In this document: in pieces, positions 1 to 14,538 of the stretch
Position numbering within the stretch: position 1 is the stretch's first letter
How the letters are laid out: each line of letters starts with the position of its first letter
NCBI GenBank assembly: GCA_951406725.2
Contig: OX597832.1
Span: 3,038,001 to 3,102,000 of the forward strand
DNA: 64,000 bases
Direction of reading: 5' to 3'
DNA from: Octopus vulgaris
Lineage: Eukaryota
Notes under the pieces: generated by a model
What the model was told of the DNA's origin: nothing
What the model saw: the letters and a program-made list of their open reading frames with translations, nothing else
Database searches by the model: none
Translations under genes and position numbers: made by a program

Positions 1-392
1 ATATGCATATATATATATGCATATATATATGCATATATATATATATGCATATATATATATGCATATATATATATATATGCATATATATATATGCATATAT
101 ATATGCATATATATATATATATGCATATATATATATATGCATATATATATATGCATATATATATATATGCATATATATATATATATATATATGCATATAT
201 ATATATATGCATATATATATATATGCATATATATATATATGCATATATATATGCATATATATATATGCATATATATATATGCATATATATATATGCATAT
301 ATATATATGCATATATATATATATATGCATATATATGCATATATATATATGTATATATATATATATGCATATATATATATGCATATATATGC

Positions 393-424
<32 letters not shown>

Positions 425-1184
425 GCATATATATATACATATATATATATACATATATATATATATGCATATATATATATATGCATATATATATATATGC
501 ATATATATATATGCATATATGTATATATATATGCATATATGTATATATATATGCATATATGTATATATATATATGCATATATGTATATATATATGCATAT
601 ATGTATATATATATGCATATATATGTATATATGTATATATATATATGCATATATGTATATATATATGCATATATGTATATATATATGCATATATATGTAT
701 ATATATATGCATATATATGCATATATATATATATATATGCATATATATATATATGCATATATATATGCATATATATATATGTATATATATATATGCATAT
801 ATATATATGCATATATATATATGCATATATATGCATATATATATATATACTACAAAATTAGAGAATGGAGAAACATACTTAAATCAATAAAACATCAACT
901 ATCCGATATATATATATATGCATATATATATATATGCATATATATATATATATGCATATATATATATATGCATATATATATATATATGCATATATATATA
1001 TATATGCATATATATATATATATGCATATATATATATATATGCATATATATATATATATGCATATATATATATATGCATATATATATATATGCATATATA
1101 TATATATATGCATATATATATATATGCATATATATATATATATATGCATATATATATATATATGCATATATATATATTAATATA

Positions 1185-1220
<36 letters not shown>

Positions 1221-1571
1221 TATATATATATGCATATATATATATGCATATATATATATATGCATATATATATGCATATATACATATATATATATATATA
1301 CATATATATGCATATATATATACATATATATACATATATATATACATATATATGCATATATATATACATATATATATACATATATATGCATATATATATA
1401 CATATATATGCATATATATATACATATATATGCATATGTATATATATATATATATATATATGCATATATATATATGCATATATATATATATATGCATATA
1501 TATATATGCATATATATATATATGCATATATATATATATGCATATATATATATATGCATATATATATATGC

Positions 1572-1604
<33 letters not shown>

Positions 1605-1620
1605 AGCATATATATATATA

Positions 1621-1688
<68 letters not shown>

Positions 1689-1786
1689 TATATATATATA
1701 TATATGCATATATATATATATATGCATATATATATATGCATATATATATATGCATATATATATATATATATATGCATATATATATA

Positions 1787-1843
<57 letters not shown>

Positions 1844-1860
1844 GCATATATATATATATA

Positions 1861-1931
<71 letters not shown>

Positions 1932-2549
1932 GCATATATATATATATATATATGCATATATATATATGCATATATATATATATATATGCATATATATATA
2001 TATATGCATATATATATATGCATATATATATATATATGCATATATATATATGCATATATATATATATATATATGCATATATATATATATATGTATGCATA
2101 TATATATATGCATATATATATATATGTATGCATATATATATATGCATATATATATGTATGCATATATATATATGCATATATATATATATGTATGCATATA
2201 TATATATGCATATATATATATATGCATATATATATATGCATATATATATATATATGCATATATATATATATGTATGCATATATATATATGCATATATATA
2301 TATATGTATGCATATATATATATGCATATATATATATATGTATGCATATATATATATGCATATATATATGTATGCATATATATATATGCATATATATATA
2401 TATGTATGCATATATATATATGCATATATATATATATGCATATATATATATATGCATATATATATACGCATATATATATGCATATATATATATGTATATA
2501 TATATATATATGCATATATATATATATGCATATATAAATATGTATATTT
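1..2549. repeat. (TA)n microsatellite punctuated by TGCA/TGTA/TACA units, interrupted by a ~57-bp unique island at ~849-905
   Basis: Sequence is almost entirely ATAT...ATGCATAT; ORFs appear in all frames as YI/MH/AY/CI repeats. Confidence 0.98.
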
Positions 2550-3774
2550 ATATGTCACAAACTGCGTGATCTTGGCATAGTTGGAAAACTAGGAGAATGG
2601 CTTCACGACTTTCTGAAGAATAGAAGTCAGGTGGTATTAGCCAATGGGGCCACTTCCATTAGCACGCAAATAGTGAGCGGTGTTCCACAGGGCACTGTTT
2701 TGGGACCACTACTGTTCATAATGGCCCTCTCAGACATGCCCTCAGCCACGCGGAGAGCCACGATCACAAGTTATGCAGATGATACAAAAGTTTCACAGGC
2801 AATACAGAACCCTGAAGACACTAGGCACCTGCAATATGAGCTGGACGAAATATACAAGTGGGCTGAAAAGAATAGCATGCAGTTCAATGCTGAAAAGTTT
2901 CAAGCTTTATACTATCAGCATGCAAAACTGAATGCAATACCCAAGGAATACACTGGACCCGGAGGGATTGCAATCCCAGAGGCACAATCAGTGCGTGACC
3001 TGGGTATTCACATGAGTGATGACGCGACCTTTCAGGTACATGTTGCTAAACTGACAATGAAATGCAGACGGCTGGCTGGATGGATTCTTAGAACCTTTAG
3101 AACAAGAGAACAAGAAACCATGATGGTCCTCTGGAAGACACTTGTCCTAAGTCACTTTGACTATTGCTCTCAGCTATGGTCACCATCCAGTGTCAAGTTG
3201 ATCACAGAACTTGAGGCGATCCAACGAAGCTACACGAAGAAGATAGCCTCTACGCAGAATGTAAGCTACTGGGAAAGACTCAAGAGATTAAAATTATATT
3301 CCCTGGAGCGTAGGCGGGAAAGATATGCCATAATATACATCTGGAAGATCCTGGAGGGAAGTGTCCTGAACTTTGGCATCGAGAGTTACGCAAACGCCAG
3401 AACTGGGCGCCACTGCGTGGTGCCTAGGACTCCAAACTTGCCATCAAGATGTAGGACAAGATTCTGTGATAGCCTGGGTTCCGAGGCCCACAGCTCTTCA
3501 ATATCCTCCCGATGAACCTGAGAGACCTGCATGGGGTGGATACAGATGTCTTTAAAATGGAGCTGGATCTCTTCCTGTCAGGTGTCCCAGATGAACCAAC
3601 TTCACGGCAGGAGGGGCAGATGAGGGCAGCTGCATCGGACTCTCTCATGCACCAAATAGCAGTTGCTAGAAAGCCTCCATGAAGTGAAACCAAGTAGCAA
3701 CACCAAATGGCGGTGCCCCAGCATGGCCACAGCTCATGAGCTGAAACTGGAATCAATCAATCAATCAATCAATC
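2550..3774 (+). mobile_element. 5'-truncated CR1-group LINE, copy 1 (RT C-terminal half, 3' UTR, (AATC)6 tail); frameshift near 3478
   Basis: Reading frame [22 protein letters not shown]...SGVPQGTVLGPLLF...YADD...LYSLERRRERY; tail 3751-3774; 34-bp direct repeat at 2514-2547 and 3775-3808. Confidence 0.92.
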
Positions 3775-4638
<864 letters not shown>

Positions 4639-5864
4639 ATATGTCACAAACTGCGTGATCTTGGCATAGTTGGAAAACTAGGAGAATGGCTTCACGACTT
4701 TCTGAAGAATAGAAGTCAGGTGGTATTAGCCAATGGGGCCACTTCCATTAGCACGCAAATAGTGAGCGGTGTTCCACAGGGCACTGTTTTGGGACCACTA
4801 CTGTTCATAATGGCCCTCTCAGACATGCCCTCAGCCACGCGGAGAGCCACGATCACAAGTTATGCAGATGATACAAAAGTTTCACAGGCAATACAGAACC
4901 CTGAAGACACTAGGCACCTGCAATATGAGCTGGACGAAATATACAAGTGGGCTGAAAAGAATAGCATGCAGTTCAATGCTGAAAAGTTTCAAGCTTTATA
5001 CTATCAGCATGCAAAACTGAATGCAATACCCAAGGAATACACTGGACCCGGAGGGATTGCAATCCCAGAGGCACAATCAGTGCGTGACCTGGGTATTCAC
5101 ATGAGTGATGACGCGACCTTTCAGGTACATGTTGCTAAACTGACAATGAAATGCAGACGGCTGGCTGGATGGATTCTTAGAACCTTTAGAACAAGAGAAC
5201 AAGAAACCATGATGGTCCTCTGGAAGACACTTGTCCTAAGTCACTTTGACTATTGCTCTCAGCTATGGTCACCATCCAGTGTCAAGTTGATCACAGAACT
5301 TGAGGCGATCCAACGAAGCTACACGAAGAAGATAGCCTCTACGCAGAATGTAAGCTACTGGGAAAGACTCAAGAGATTAAAATTATATTCCCTGGAGCGT
5401 AGGCGGGAAAGATATGCCATAATATACATCTGGAAGATCCTGGAGGGAAGTGTCCTGAACTTTGGCATCGAGAGTTACGCAAACGCCAGAACTGGGCGCC
5501 ACTGCGTGGTGCCTAGGACTCCAAACTTGCCATCAAGATGTAGGACAAGATTCTGTGATAGCCTGGTCTTCCGAGGCCCACAGCTCTTCAATATCCTCCC
5601 GATGAACCTGAGAGACCTGCATGGGGTGGATACAGATGTCTTTAAAATGGAGCTGGATCTCTTCCTGTCAGGTGTCCCAGATGAACCAACTTCACGGCAG
5701 GAGGGGCAGATGAGGGCAGCTGCATCGGACTCTCTCATGCACCAAATAGCAGTTGCTAGAAAGCCTCCATGAAGTGAAACCAAGTAGCAACACCAAATGG
5801 CGGTGCCCCAGCATGGCCACAGCTCATGAGCTGAAACTGGAATCAATCAATCAATCAATCAATC
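4639..5864 (+). mobile_element. 5'-truncated CR1-group LINE, copy 2 (frame open to stop at 5772, (AATC)6 tail)
   Basis: 350-aa ORF 4720-5772 with QG..LGPLLF and YADD RT motifs; near-identical to copy 1 with the same 5' truncation point; direct repeats at 4603-4636 and 5865-5898. Confidence 0.92.
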
Positions 5865-5910
5865 ATATATATATATATGCATATATAAATATGTATATAT
5901 ATAAATATGC

Positions 5911-5943
<33 letters not shown>

Positions 5944-5973
5944 CATATATATATGTATATATATGCATATATA

Positions 5974-6035
<62 letters not shown>

Positions 6036-6077
6036 TATATATATATATATGCATATATATATATATATGCATATATA

Positions 6078-6115
<38 letters not shown>

Positions 6116-6161
6116 TATATATATATATATATATATGATTATATATATATATATATATATA

Positions 6162-6243
<82 letters not shown>

Positions 6244-6467
6244 TATATATATATATGCATATATATATATATGCATATATATATATGCATATATATATAT
6301 GCATATTTATATATATACATATATATATGCATATATATATATATATATATATATATGCATATATATGCATATATATATATATATGCATATATATGCATAT
6401 ATATATATATATATATATATATGCATATATATATATATATATATGCATATATATATATGCATATATA
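5865..6467. repeat. (TA)n/TGCA array
   Basis: Direct reading of the sequence. Confidence 0.97.
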
Positions 6468-7099
6468 TAATTTAACAATTAAGGATAACTTCTTAATAAG
6501 GAAATTTAACAAGAAATTATCAGGTAGATAGCGTGAAAAACCTCATAAGAGAAAAATTTCGAAAATAATTCTTTCTTATTGAACATATTAATTTATATAT
6601 AGAGGGCATTATTATACATACATGCCTCAGGCTAAGAGGGACATCAGTCATTTCTACCAAAAATTTTACTAATCATACCCAATGCAATTTTTCAAAGCAA
6701 GACATTTAAAAAATGAATTTAGTCTTGTATCACCTGTGATTTCGCACTTACCGCAGTTGCGACCATGCTCATCAGCAAGACTGATTCTGAACATATCATA
6801 AATAAACGACCAGTACCGTCAAAATCGAACAGCCATCTGCTCTATTCCAACGAAGCACATGGAGAAGTTTACATATCATACATCCGGTAAATGGCGGGCT
6901 TCTTCGAATTGCATCTTGGGTAGGAAAAGTTTTTTCGGAATAAATTTAATTTAACAATTAAGGATAACTTCTTAATAAGGAAATTTAACAATAAATTATC
7001 AGGTAGATAGCGTGAAAAACCTCATAAGAGAAAAATTTCGAAAATAATCCTTTCTTATTGAACATATTAATTTATATATAGAGGGCATTATTATACATA
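6468..7099 (-). mobile_element. Candidate non-LTR retrozyme: 479-bp monomer present as ~1.3 tandem copies, containing a hammerhead ribozyme
   Basis: 153-bp direct repeat at 6468-6620 and 6947-7099 (2 mismatches seen), period 479; hammerhead at 6721-6782; no meaningful ORF. Confidence 0.7.
6721..6782 (-). ncRNA. Type I hammerhead ribozyme
   Basis: Minus strand reads AGUCUUG-CUGAUGA-GCAU(ggucgcaacugcgguaa)GUGC-GAAA-UCAC(ag)GUGA-UA-CAAGACU: 7-bp stem I, intact core, stems II and III, AUA cleavage triplet. Confidence 0.88.
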
Positions 7100-7449
7100 G
7101 ACGTAGAAACGGGAAAATAAAAAAAAAACAAAAAATAAGAAAACGAAAAAAACAGTTACTGGACGTGCTACACAAGGAAAAAACCCCCGTCATCAGCTGT
7201 CGCTAGTAGAGTCAAGCATGTTTCGAAGGCAAGACAGAACACTAATCCACTAGGCCTTGCTGTGAGATAATTAAAATTAAATTCCATGAAGCGGGGCAAA
7301 ATGAGTACGAACACTAACAGGACGTAACAATAAAACTGCAAAAAAAAAAATACATGTTCAAAAAGTACAAATAAATACAAAACGAGAAAATAAAAAGAGA
7401 ATACAATACAGGAAATCAAACACACAAGAGCACGAACGAAAAAGCCTTT

Positions 7450-7549
7450 NNNNNNNNNNNNNNNNNNNNNNNNNNNNNNNNNNNNNNNNNNNNNNNNNNN
7501 NNNNNNNNNNNNNNNNNNNNNNNNNNNNNNNNNNNNNNNNNNNNNNNNN
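7450..7549. other. Assembly gap (100 N)
   Basis: Run of N. Confidence 1.
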
Positions 7550-7723
7550 TTTTTTTCTGGCATAGACGAAGGATACTGTGGCAGCGCATGGAAGGCAGTC
7601 TTTTCAGTAGTAAGAGCAACGTGTAAAAGAAAATTTTATAGGCTGGCAAGAAGGAAGGAGGAGGGGGACACGCAGCTGATAGAGAGTGGAGAGGGTAAAG
7701 CAAAGGGAGAAAATTGAAAGAGA

Positions 7724-8396
<673 letters not shown>

Positions 8397-9578
8397 TGGG
8401 GAAAAAATAAATTAAAAAGAGAACAATTCAAACTTTTTGAGAGGTCTGAATTGAGAGAAAGAAGGATGTTCTAACAAAGATTCGTTATATTCATAAAGAA
8501 CAGCCAGAGCAAGTAATAGTAATATGAAAATAGTAGTTGAAAAATATCGTTATAGGTATAAAAATACCATAAACAATTATAGAAAAATGGAGGAGAAAAA
8601 GATGTTGAATCAAAATTAGATTTAATACAAAATAGGATTCAATACATATGCACATTTCAAAGGACAATACAAATATGTAAGAAAAAAATTACAGCCATAG
8701 AAATTATAATTAAATTTATGCCTTGTCATTTTCATCAGTGTGAGGAATTTTTCTAAGGACATCAAAAACGGTTTAATAAAATAAAGTAAATTAAAATAAG
8801 ATATAATAAGGGAGAACACAAATGGGGTAATAGGGAAAAAATTCGGATATTTGTGAACAAGTATTAAAAGTGGACAGAATAGCAGTAATAATAATAGTAA
8901 GAGAGACAAAAGAGAAAAAAAGATAGACATATCAATGTGTATGCACGTCTATATGTGCGGTAAACTATAACATAAAAATAAGAATGAAAAGCTAACGGGC
9001 ATGTTTAAAGAAATGGTAACAGGTCAAGACAAAGTATAACAAACAGGGCCATGTGTGTATAGTAGAATATAGTGTAACAGGTGGTCTAGTAGAAAAAAAC
9101 CCCAGAGTTATAGATATTGATATTGAAAAACAAAAAAATATATGTATATATATTTTACACGAGGCTAAAAGTGATAGGCAAGACTATGTTTGAAAAAAGT
9201 TACAATATTAAAGTAAAAATGTACAGACATGCAGAGAAAAAAAAACTAAGAGAACTTAACAAGGAAAAAACAACAATCAGACAAGACCGGCTGGTGTAAT
9301 TCAAGATAGTTACCTTACTCAAAAACTAGCCTGGGGTAGGGGAGACAATCGGGAAAAAGTAGGAACAGAAAACGAATATATGAAGGAAAAACATGCTATG
9401 AATTACAAGTGATAGAAAAAAACATACACATCACACATAAGGATATACAGTCATATACGTACATACACTACACACATATATACACACAAAAAAAGCATAC
9501 ATACACTCACGCATATACATAAAGGGGTTCAAGTGTGCGGGAAGGTACAAGTAAAAAATATACATACATATATATATT

Positions 9579-9623
<45 letters not shown>

Positions 9624-9639
9624 ATGCATACATCTATAT

Positions 9640-9996
9640 ACAGAAATGTGTAATGATGTCAGTCTGTATGTGTGTTTGGGGTTACTCTAACTCCTCCCAC
9701 ACTGTCCAACCAATTTTTGGTGCATAGGTTGATCACATGCCTTGAAGCAATAAGGCTGCAGTTCTTAGAAAACTTGATAATGCTCAGTTGGCATCGAGTT
9801 TTGTGAGCTCAATTGGGCGTTTAAATTGAAATTCCCATAATGATGTTATTTTCCTGCAGCTTTTGCATCTTTTCATGTGTAAAATTTCAACAAAATCAAT
9901 AGAATCATCTCTAAGGAAATGCTTATTCAATACAAGGTCAGATGTGGGCTTAATTTCAACACAGAAAACATGGGCAACGCTGGGTCCAATAACCAG
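9640..9996 (+). mobile_element. Degenerate Helitron-like non-autonomous repeat
   Basis: 3' end ATGGGCAACGCTGGGT...CCAGT resembles the hairpin plus CTAG end of the element at 61618-62131. Confidence 0.35.
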
Positions 9997-10397
9997 TATA
10001 TGCATACTATACATACACACACACACACACACATATATAAATTGACAGAATGAGATATCAGGATAAGGTGATAGGAGGAAGGGAGAGGTGAGGGGGAGAG
10101 AGGAAGGGATGAGAGCATAAGGAGTAAAAAGAGTGTGAGGCATGTGAGCAGGGGTGTTGTGATAGAGCTGCATTAAGGGATAGGTATAGAAAAGGTAGAG
10201 AGAAGGTAAGGGTAGTGTGATATGTAAGTGGGTATTAATTTTGGTAGTAAAAATTGCGGTAGAATGAAGAATATAAGTCAAGTTACTATAAATAGACATG
10301 TGTGATCCATAAGTGATAAGTAGGAAAAAGAAAGAATGTATATCTGTGAATATGTAGACACACATACATACCCACACATATATATAGACATATACAT

Positions 10398-10947
10398 GGT
10401 GGCTGCCCCCTCGTTATCGAGTATGGCCATTGCACGAAGCTTAATCAATGGTGTTATCGTGCAATGCCTGTGCAAAAAGATTCTTTTTAAATGAGGAAAG
10501 GCTGTGCACTGAGTCAATCCCACTCACTCAGCAACAGCAGCCATAAGCCGAAAAGAAGAACAAGTCAACATCATCGGTAACCACTGAGCCACAGGTTTTA
10601 TGTCAGAGTTATCCCAGTTACCTGAGTTACCTTCTCCTAGAAAGATGCCCTAACAAAGGCTAGAAGTCCTTCACTCCCAATGGTTTAACTGCGCGATCGG
10701 GTATTCAGTCCGATTATTTCTGTCTCCGCGCATGATACAACCTTAAGACATTTATTGGATGGCCATTGACTCTCAAGAGTTTCTCCGCCCTTTGACAGGT
10801 TTTGTTTTTCATCCTGCAGGGTGATCAATAAATACCTTCCTCACCAAGCAAGCTTGGTGGGGTTGCCGGTTTAGTCGCCGACGACCCGACCATGCAACAG
10901 GTTGTACTGGGTTACATGTTACCAATAGCACTCGAAAGTGACCTGAC
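10398..10947 (-). mobile_element. Non-autonomous retroelement, probably RTE-derived (5' UTR-like part plus RTE-type 3' tail)
   Basis: GC/CpG-richer non-coding block; minus strand ends ...GCCATACTCGATAACGAGGGGGCAGCC, resembling RTE/BovB-type tails. Confidence 0.45.
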
Positions 10948-11179
10948 ATATGACATACATATACATACTTCAGCACATATACACGCATTCATATTTATAT
11001 ACACTTATTCGTATCTATTTTTGTATATATAAATCTTTGCATATATAAATGCATGCAAACACATGCATATAATTGTATGTATGTATACATATATATATAT
11101 AAAAACACCCAGGCACGTATGTGTACGTATATATATATATTTACATATACCCACATACAAATCCATACTTATATAAAAT

Positions 11180-11612
11180 CCGTGCTAGTGGGGCACTAAG
11201 AGGACCATCCAAGCATGATCGTTGCCAGAGCAGCTGACTGGCTTCTGTGCCACTGGCATGTAAAGAGCATCATTTGAGCATGATTGTTACCAGTGTCGCC
11301 TTACTGGCACACGCAAAAATATTTGAGCGAGGTCATTGCCAGTGGCGCTGGACTGGCTCCTGTGCAGATGGCACGTAAAAACACCATTTGAACGTGGCCG
11401 CTGCCAGTTCTGCCTGACTGGCCCTCGTGCCGGTGGCATGTAAAAGCACCCACTACACTCTCGGAGTGGTTGGCATTAGGAAAGGCATCCAGCTGTAGAA
11501 ACTCTGCCAGATCAGACTGGAGCTTGGTGCAGTCATCTGATTCGCCAGTCCTCAGTCAAGTTGTCCACCCTATGCCAGCATCGAAAGGAGACATTAAACG
11601 ATGATGATGATG
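11180..11612 (+). mobile_element. RTE LINE 3' UTR fragment with (GAT)n tail
   Basis: GTAAAAGCACCCACTACACTC...GGCATCCAGCTGTAGAAAC...AAACGATGATGATG, the same tail that follows the RT-coding RTE at 23350-24540. Confidence 0.85.
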
Positions 11613-11929
11613 ATCTATATATATACTCATACATACTCACATGTACCTGTTTGCATGCTCATATATGTATACACATACATACATACACACACATATATAT
11701 ATATATACACACATATACATACTCATGTATCCGTTTGTATGTTCATATATGTATGTACATACATACACACACACATACATACACACATATATAATTAAAT
11801 GATTGTGATTCTGAGGTAAGAAGGGGTGAGTTAGATAAGGATTACAATTTTAAATGGACACTTACCTACGGGGTATTGTGGAAATATACTGTGTGGTTGT
11901 TTAGTCATTTAGATTTGTGGTAGAATTTG

Positions 11930-12180
11930 AAGGTATGAGAAAAGCGGTGGTTGCATGTGCTTAGGGCCTCATTATGTTTATTTAGTAGTGTTGAAGAGTT
12001 GTGCTTTAATATGTGGAGTGTCTCCTTCAGGCAAAGTTTGGAGGTTGAGTGTCGACCATCGTAAGGAAGCCCTGAATCTAATATAGGCCAGAACAAAGTA
12101 TGGGGTACCTTTGTATTTTTGAGTTGAGGTATGTGACTCGCGAGTGTTCCTGACACCTTTTGGGTCTTCTTGATACCAAT
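11930..12180 (-). mobile_element. Penelope-like element GIY-YIG C-terminal fragment
   Basis: TLASHI...WPIL...PY...KLCLKETLHIL...LLNKHNEALSTCNHR resembles the PLE endonuclease C-terminus. Confidence 0.6.
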
Positions 12181-12198
12181 ACCTCTCATACCCTAAAT

Positions 12199-12239
<41 letters not shown>

Positions 12240-12240
<1 letters not shown>

Positions 12241-13940
12241 TCCCTGTAAGTTTGGAATAATATTTATTGCATTAGCAATAGAATATCACACCTTTCTTCT
12301 AACATAGATATCTTTAACAGACATAAAGAAACCTATAACTTCACACTACAGAAAGCAGGATTTAAACAAAAAATCAAATACCTTAACCCTAATCACCCTA
12401 TAAGTAGCCAAAATAACAGGAACCCACTCACTAATACCTATTTCTTTATTACCCACAAGGGTCTAAACACAGACGGGACAAACAAGGACAGACATAGGTA
12501 TTAAGTCGATTACATCGACCCCAGTGCGTAACTGGTACTTAATTTATCGACCCCGAAAGGATGAAATGCAAAGTCGACCTCGGCGGAATTTGAACTCAGA
12601 ACATAGCGGCAGACGAAATACCGCTAAGCATTTCGCCCGGCGTGCTAACGTTTCTCACCAACCACACACCATGCACCACCCAAACTACAACAATAAGATA
12701 ATTACGGGTAACGACAATAGAAAAAAACACCAATATGAATCACACCAAGGCCCATACACAAATCACTAACAACAACAAAAATAACCGCAACACCAATACC
12801 AACAAAGTGATATTAGATAAGATTAACAATATTAACAAAACTAATAACACTAAGTGCACAAATATGTCCCAAAATAACATTAGCTACAAAAATAATAGTA
12901 TAAACCTACACATTGGTATCAATAAAACTAAAGTCACCCAACAAACTAATATGAACCCTATTAATAGCAAAAAAACTAGACCCTTGAACCCACATGAACC
13001 CAACGATAATAACACCAATAGGACAGACAAGAGCAACACGAAAGTGAAACATATAAACATGGATATAACTATGGATATCACCAAGATGCATACAACAATA
13101 ACTCCACACGAATCACAAACAAGGAGGGAAGCTTCTATAATAGGAAAAGCAACACAAAAAAGCAAAATAGTGATAGTATCTGGCTCGTAATCCCCTATAC
13201 CATGCACCTCAAATCAAATATAGTTCGCTCATTAATGAAAATCATAGACAAATACCTAAATGTTAATAATAAATATGCAGAATTATTTAGGAATAAAATC
13301 AGAATAGGCCATAGTCTGACTAATAACTTAGCCACAATAATTGCCTCAATGAATAATAAAAAACTTGACAAATTTTATGAAACTAGAAACATTGTGAACA
13401 ATCAAAATAATAACCAACTTACTAATAGGACTAACCTCCCCTCCCACTAATGTGGCGCCTCCTGCTAACTTAGGTACAGACCTGAATAATAATTTCCCAC
13501 CATGATACAAGGACAAAGATACACCTAATTATTTATGCAGCTGTAGGGATAGAACAAAGTGCCATTTCTCAAATAGATGCAAGACAAATAATGTAGTTTA
13601 CCAATGTGACGTCCACACAAATATCCAGACGAAATCATACATAGGTACCACTAAGAACCAAATGATTCTCAGATATAATGCACACCAATTGAGCTTCAGA
13701 AATACGTATAAGGCTAATTCAACAGGGCTAAGTACATTTGGGAACTTAAGGATTAAAAAAAAAAAAAAAGATTTTAGTTTAAACTGGCGTATACTCACAA
13801 AAACAAACTCCTACAACCCTGCAAATAGACGGTGTGATCTTTGTTTATGAGAATGCCTAGCTATACTTAGAGCTAAACAACCCCTTCTGAACAGAAAATT
13901 TGTCTTCATGTGGGCCTTTATGTATTTTGTCTTCATGCCT
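12240..13940 (+). mobile_element. Degenerate Penelope-like retroelement (RT thumb, Asn-rich linker, GIY-YIG endonuclease), interrupted by a SINE
   Basis: ISNRISHLSSNIDIFNRHKETYNFTLQKAGF; CSCRDRTKC; NVVYQCDV...SYIGTT...RYNAHQLSF; WRIL...SYNPANRRCDLCL; stops and frameshifts present. Confidence 0.8.
12437..12653 (-). mobile_element. tRNA-derived SINE with Nin/Deu-like domain
   Basis: Reverse complement of the family at 29707-29933 (TTTCATCCTTTCGGGGTCGATAAAT..AGTACCAG). Confidence 0.85.
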
Positions 13941-14538
13941 TTCATAATTCCAAACTTGAATACTCATCTATATAAGTCTAATTAACTGGGAAACACCTTA
14001 AAAACTTACACACAAATAGTCACCCCACAAAACCCACTTGCCCCCACATTCCTTAATAATACACTTTGCACATACATAGGGCTCCTTCCAGCATTAAGAA
14101 CTTCCTAAACTATAGCAATTAAATAATTATTAGCCATAATATATTTTTAAACCACCCCATCTAATCCATTAAAAATTTGGTAGGAGTTAGCTCCCTTCTC
14201 ATCCTGTTAGAGTTACCGCTGGTGGTAACCCATGGCAGAATATAAACAAATTGAATACACACATGGGGAAAAAATGTACTTAATCAAACTAGGAACCTCA
14301 CACCTAAATAATATCCCGCCCTAATTACCCAACGAAACTAACCTGTCTACCACAATCAAACCTCTACCCAGCGCAAGAACTAAATATTATGTAAGACTTA
14401 CTACCTTTGTTTATATTACCATCACATAAAACGGCGGTGCATCAGCATGGCCGCAGCTCTGAGCTGAAACTAGAAAAAAATTTTTTTTAATATGTATCAA
14501 TTATTTCCGCATCATAACCGATGCATCTATCTATATTT

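Noticed and set aside
849-905. 57-bp unique island as a possible micro-exon
   Set aside because: No convincing AG/GT boundaries and no SA-like peptide.
1-2549. Repeat-spacer or CRISPR-like appearance of the punctuated array
   Set aside because: No unique spacers, no cas genes, eukaryotic intron context.
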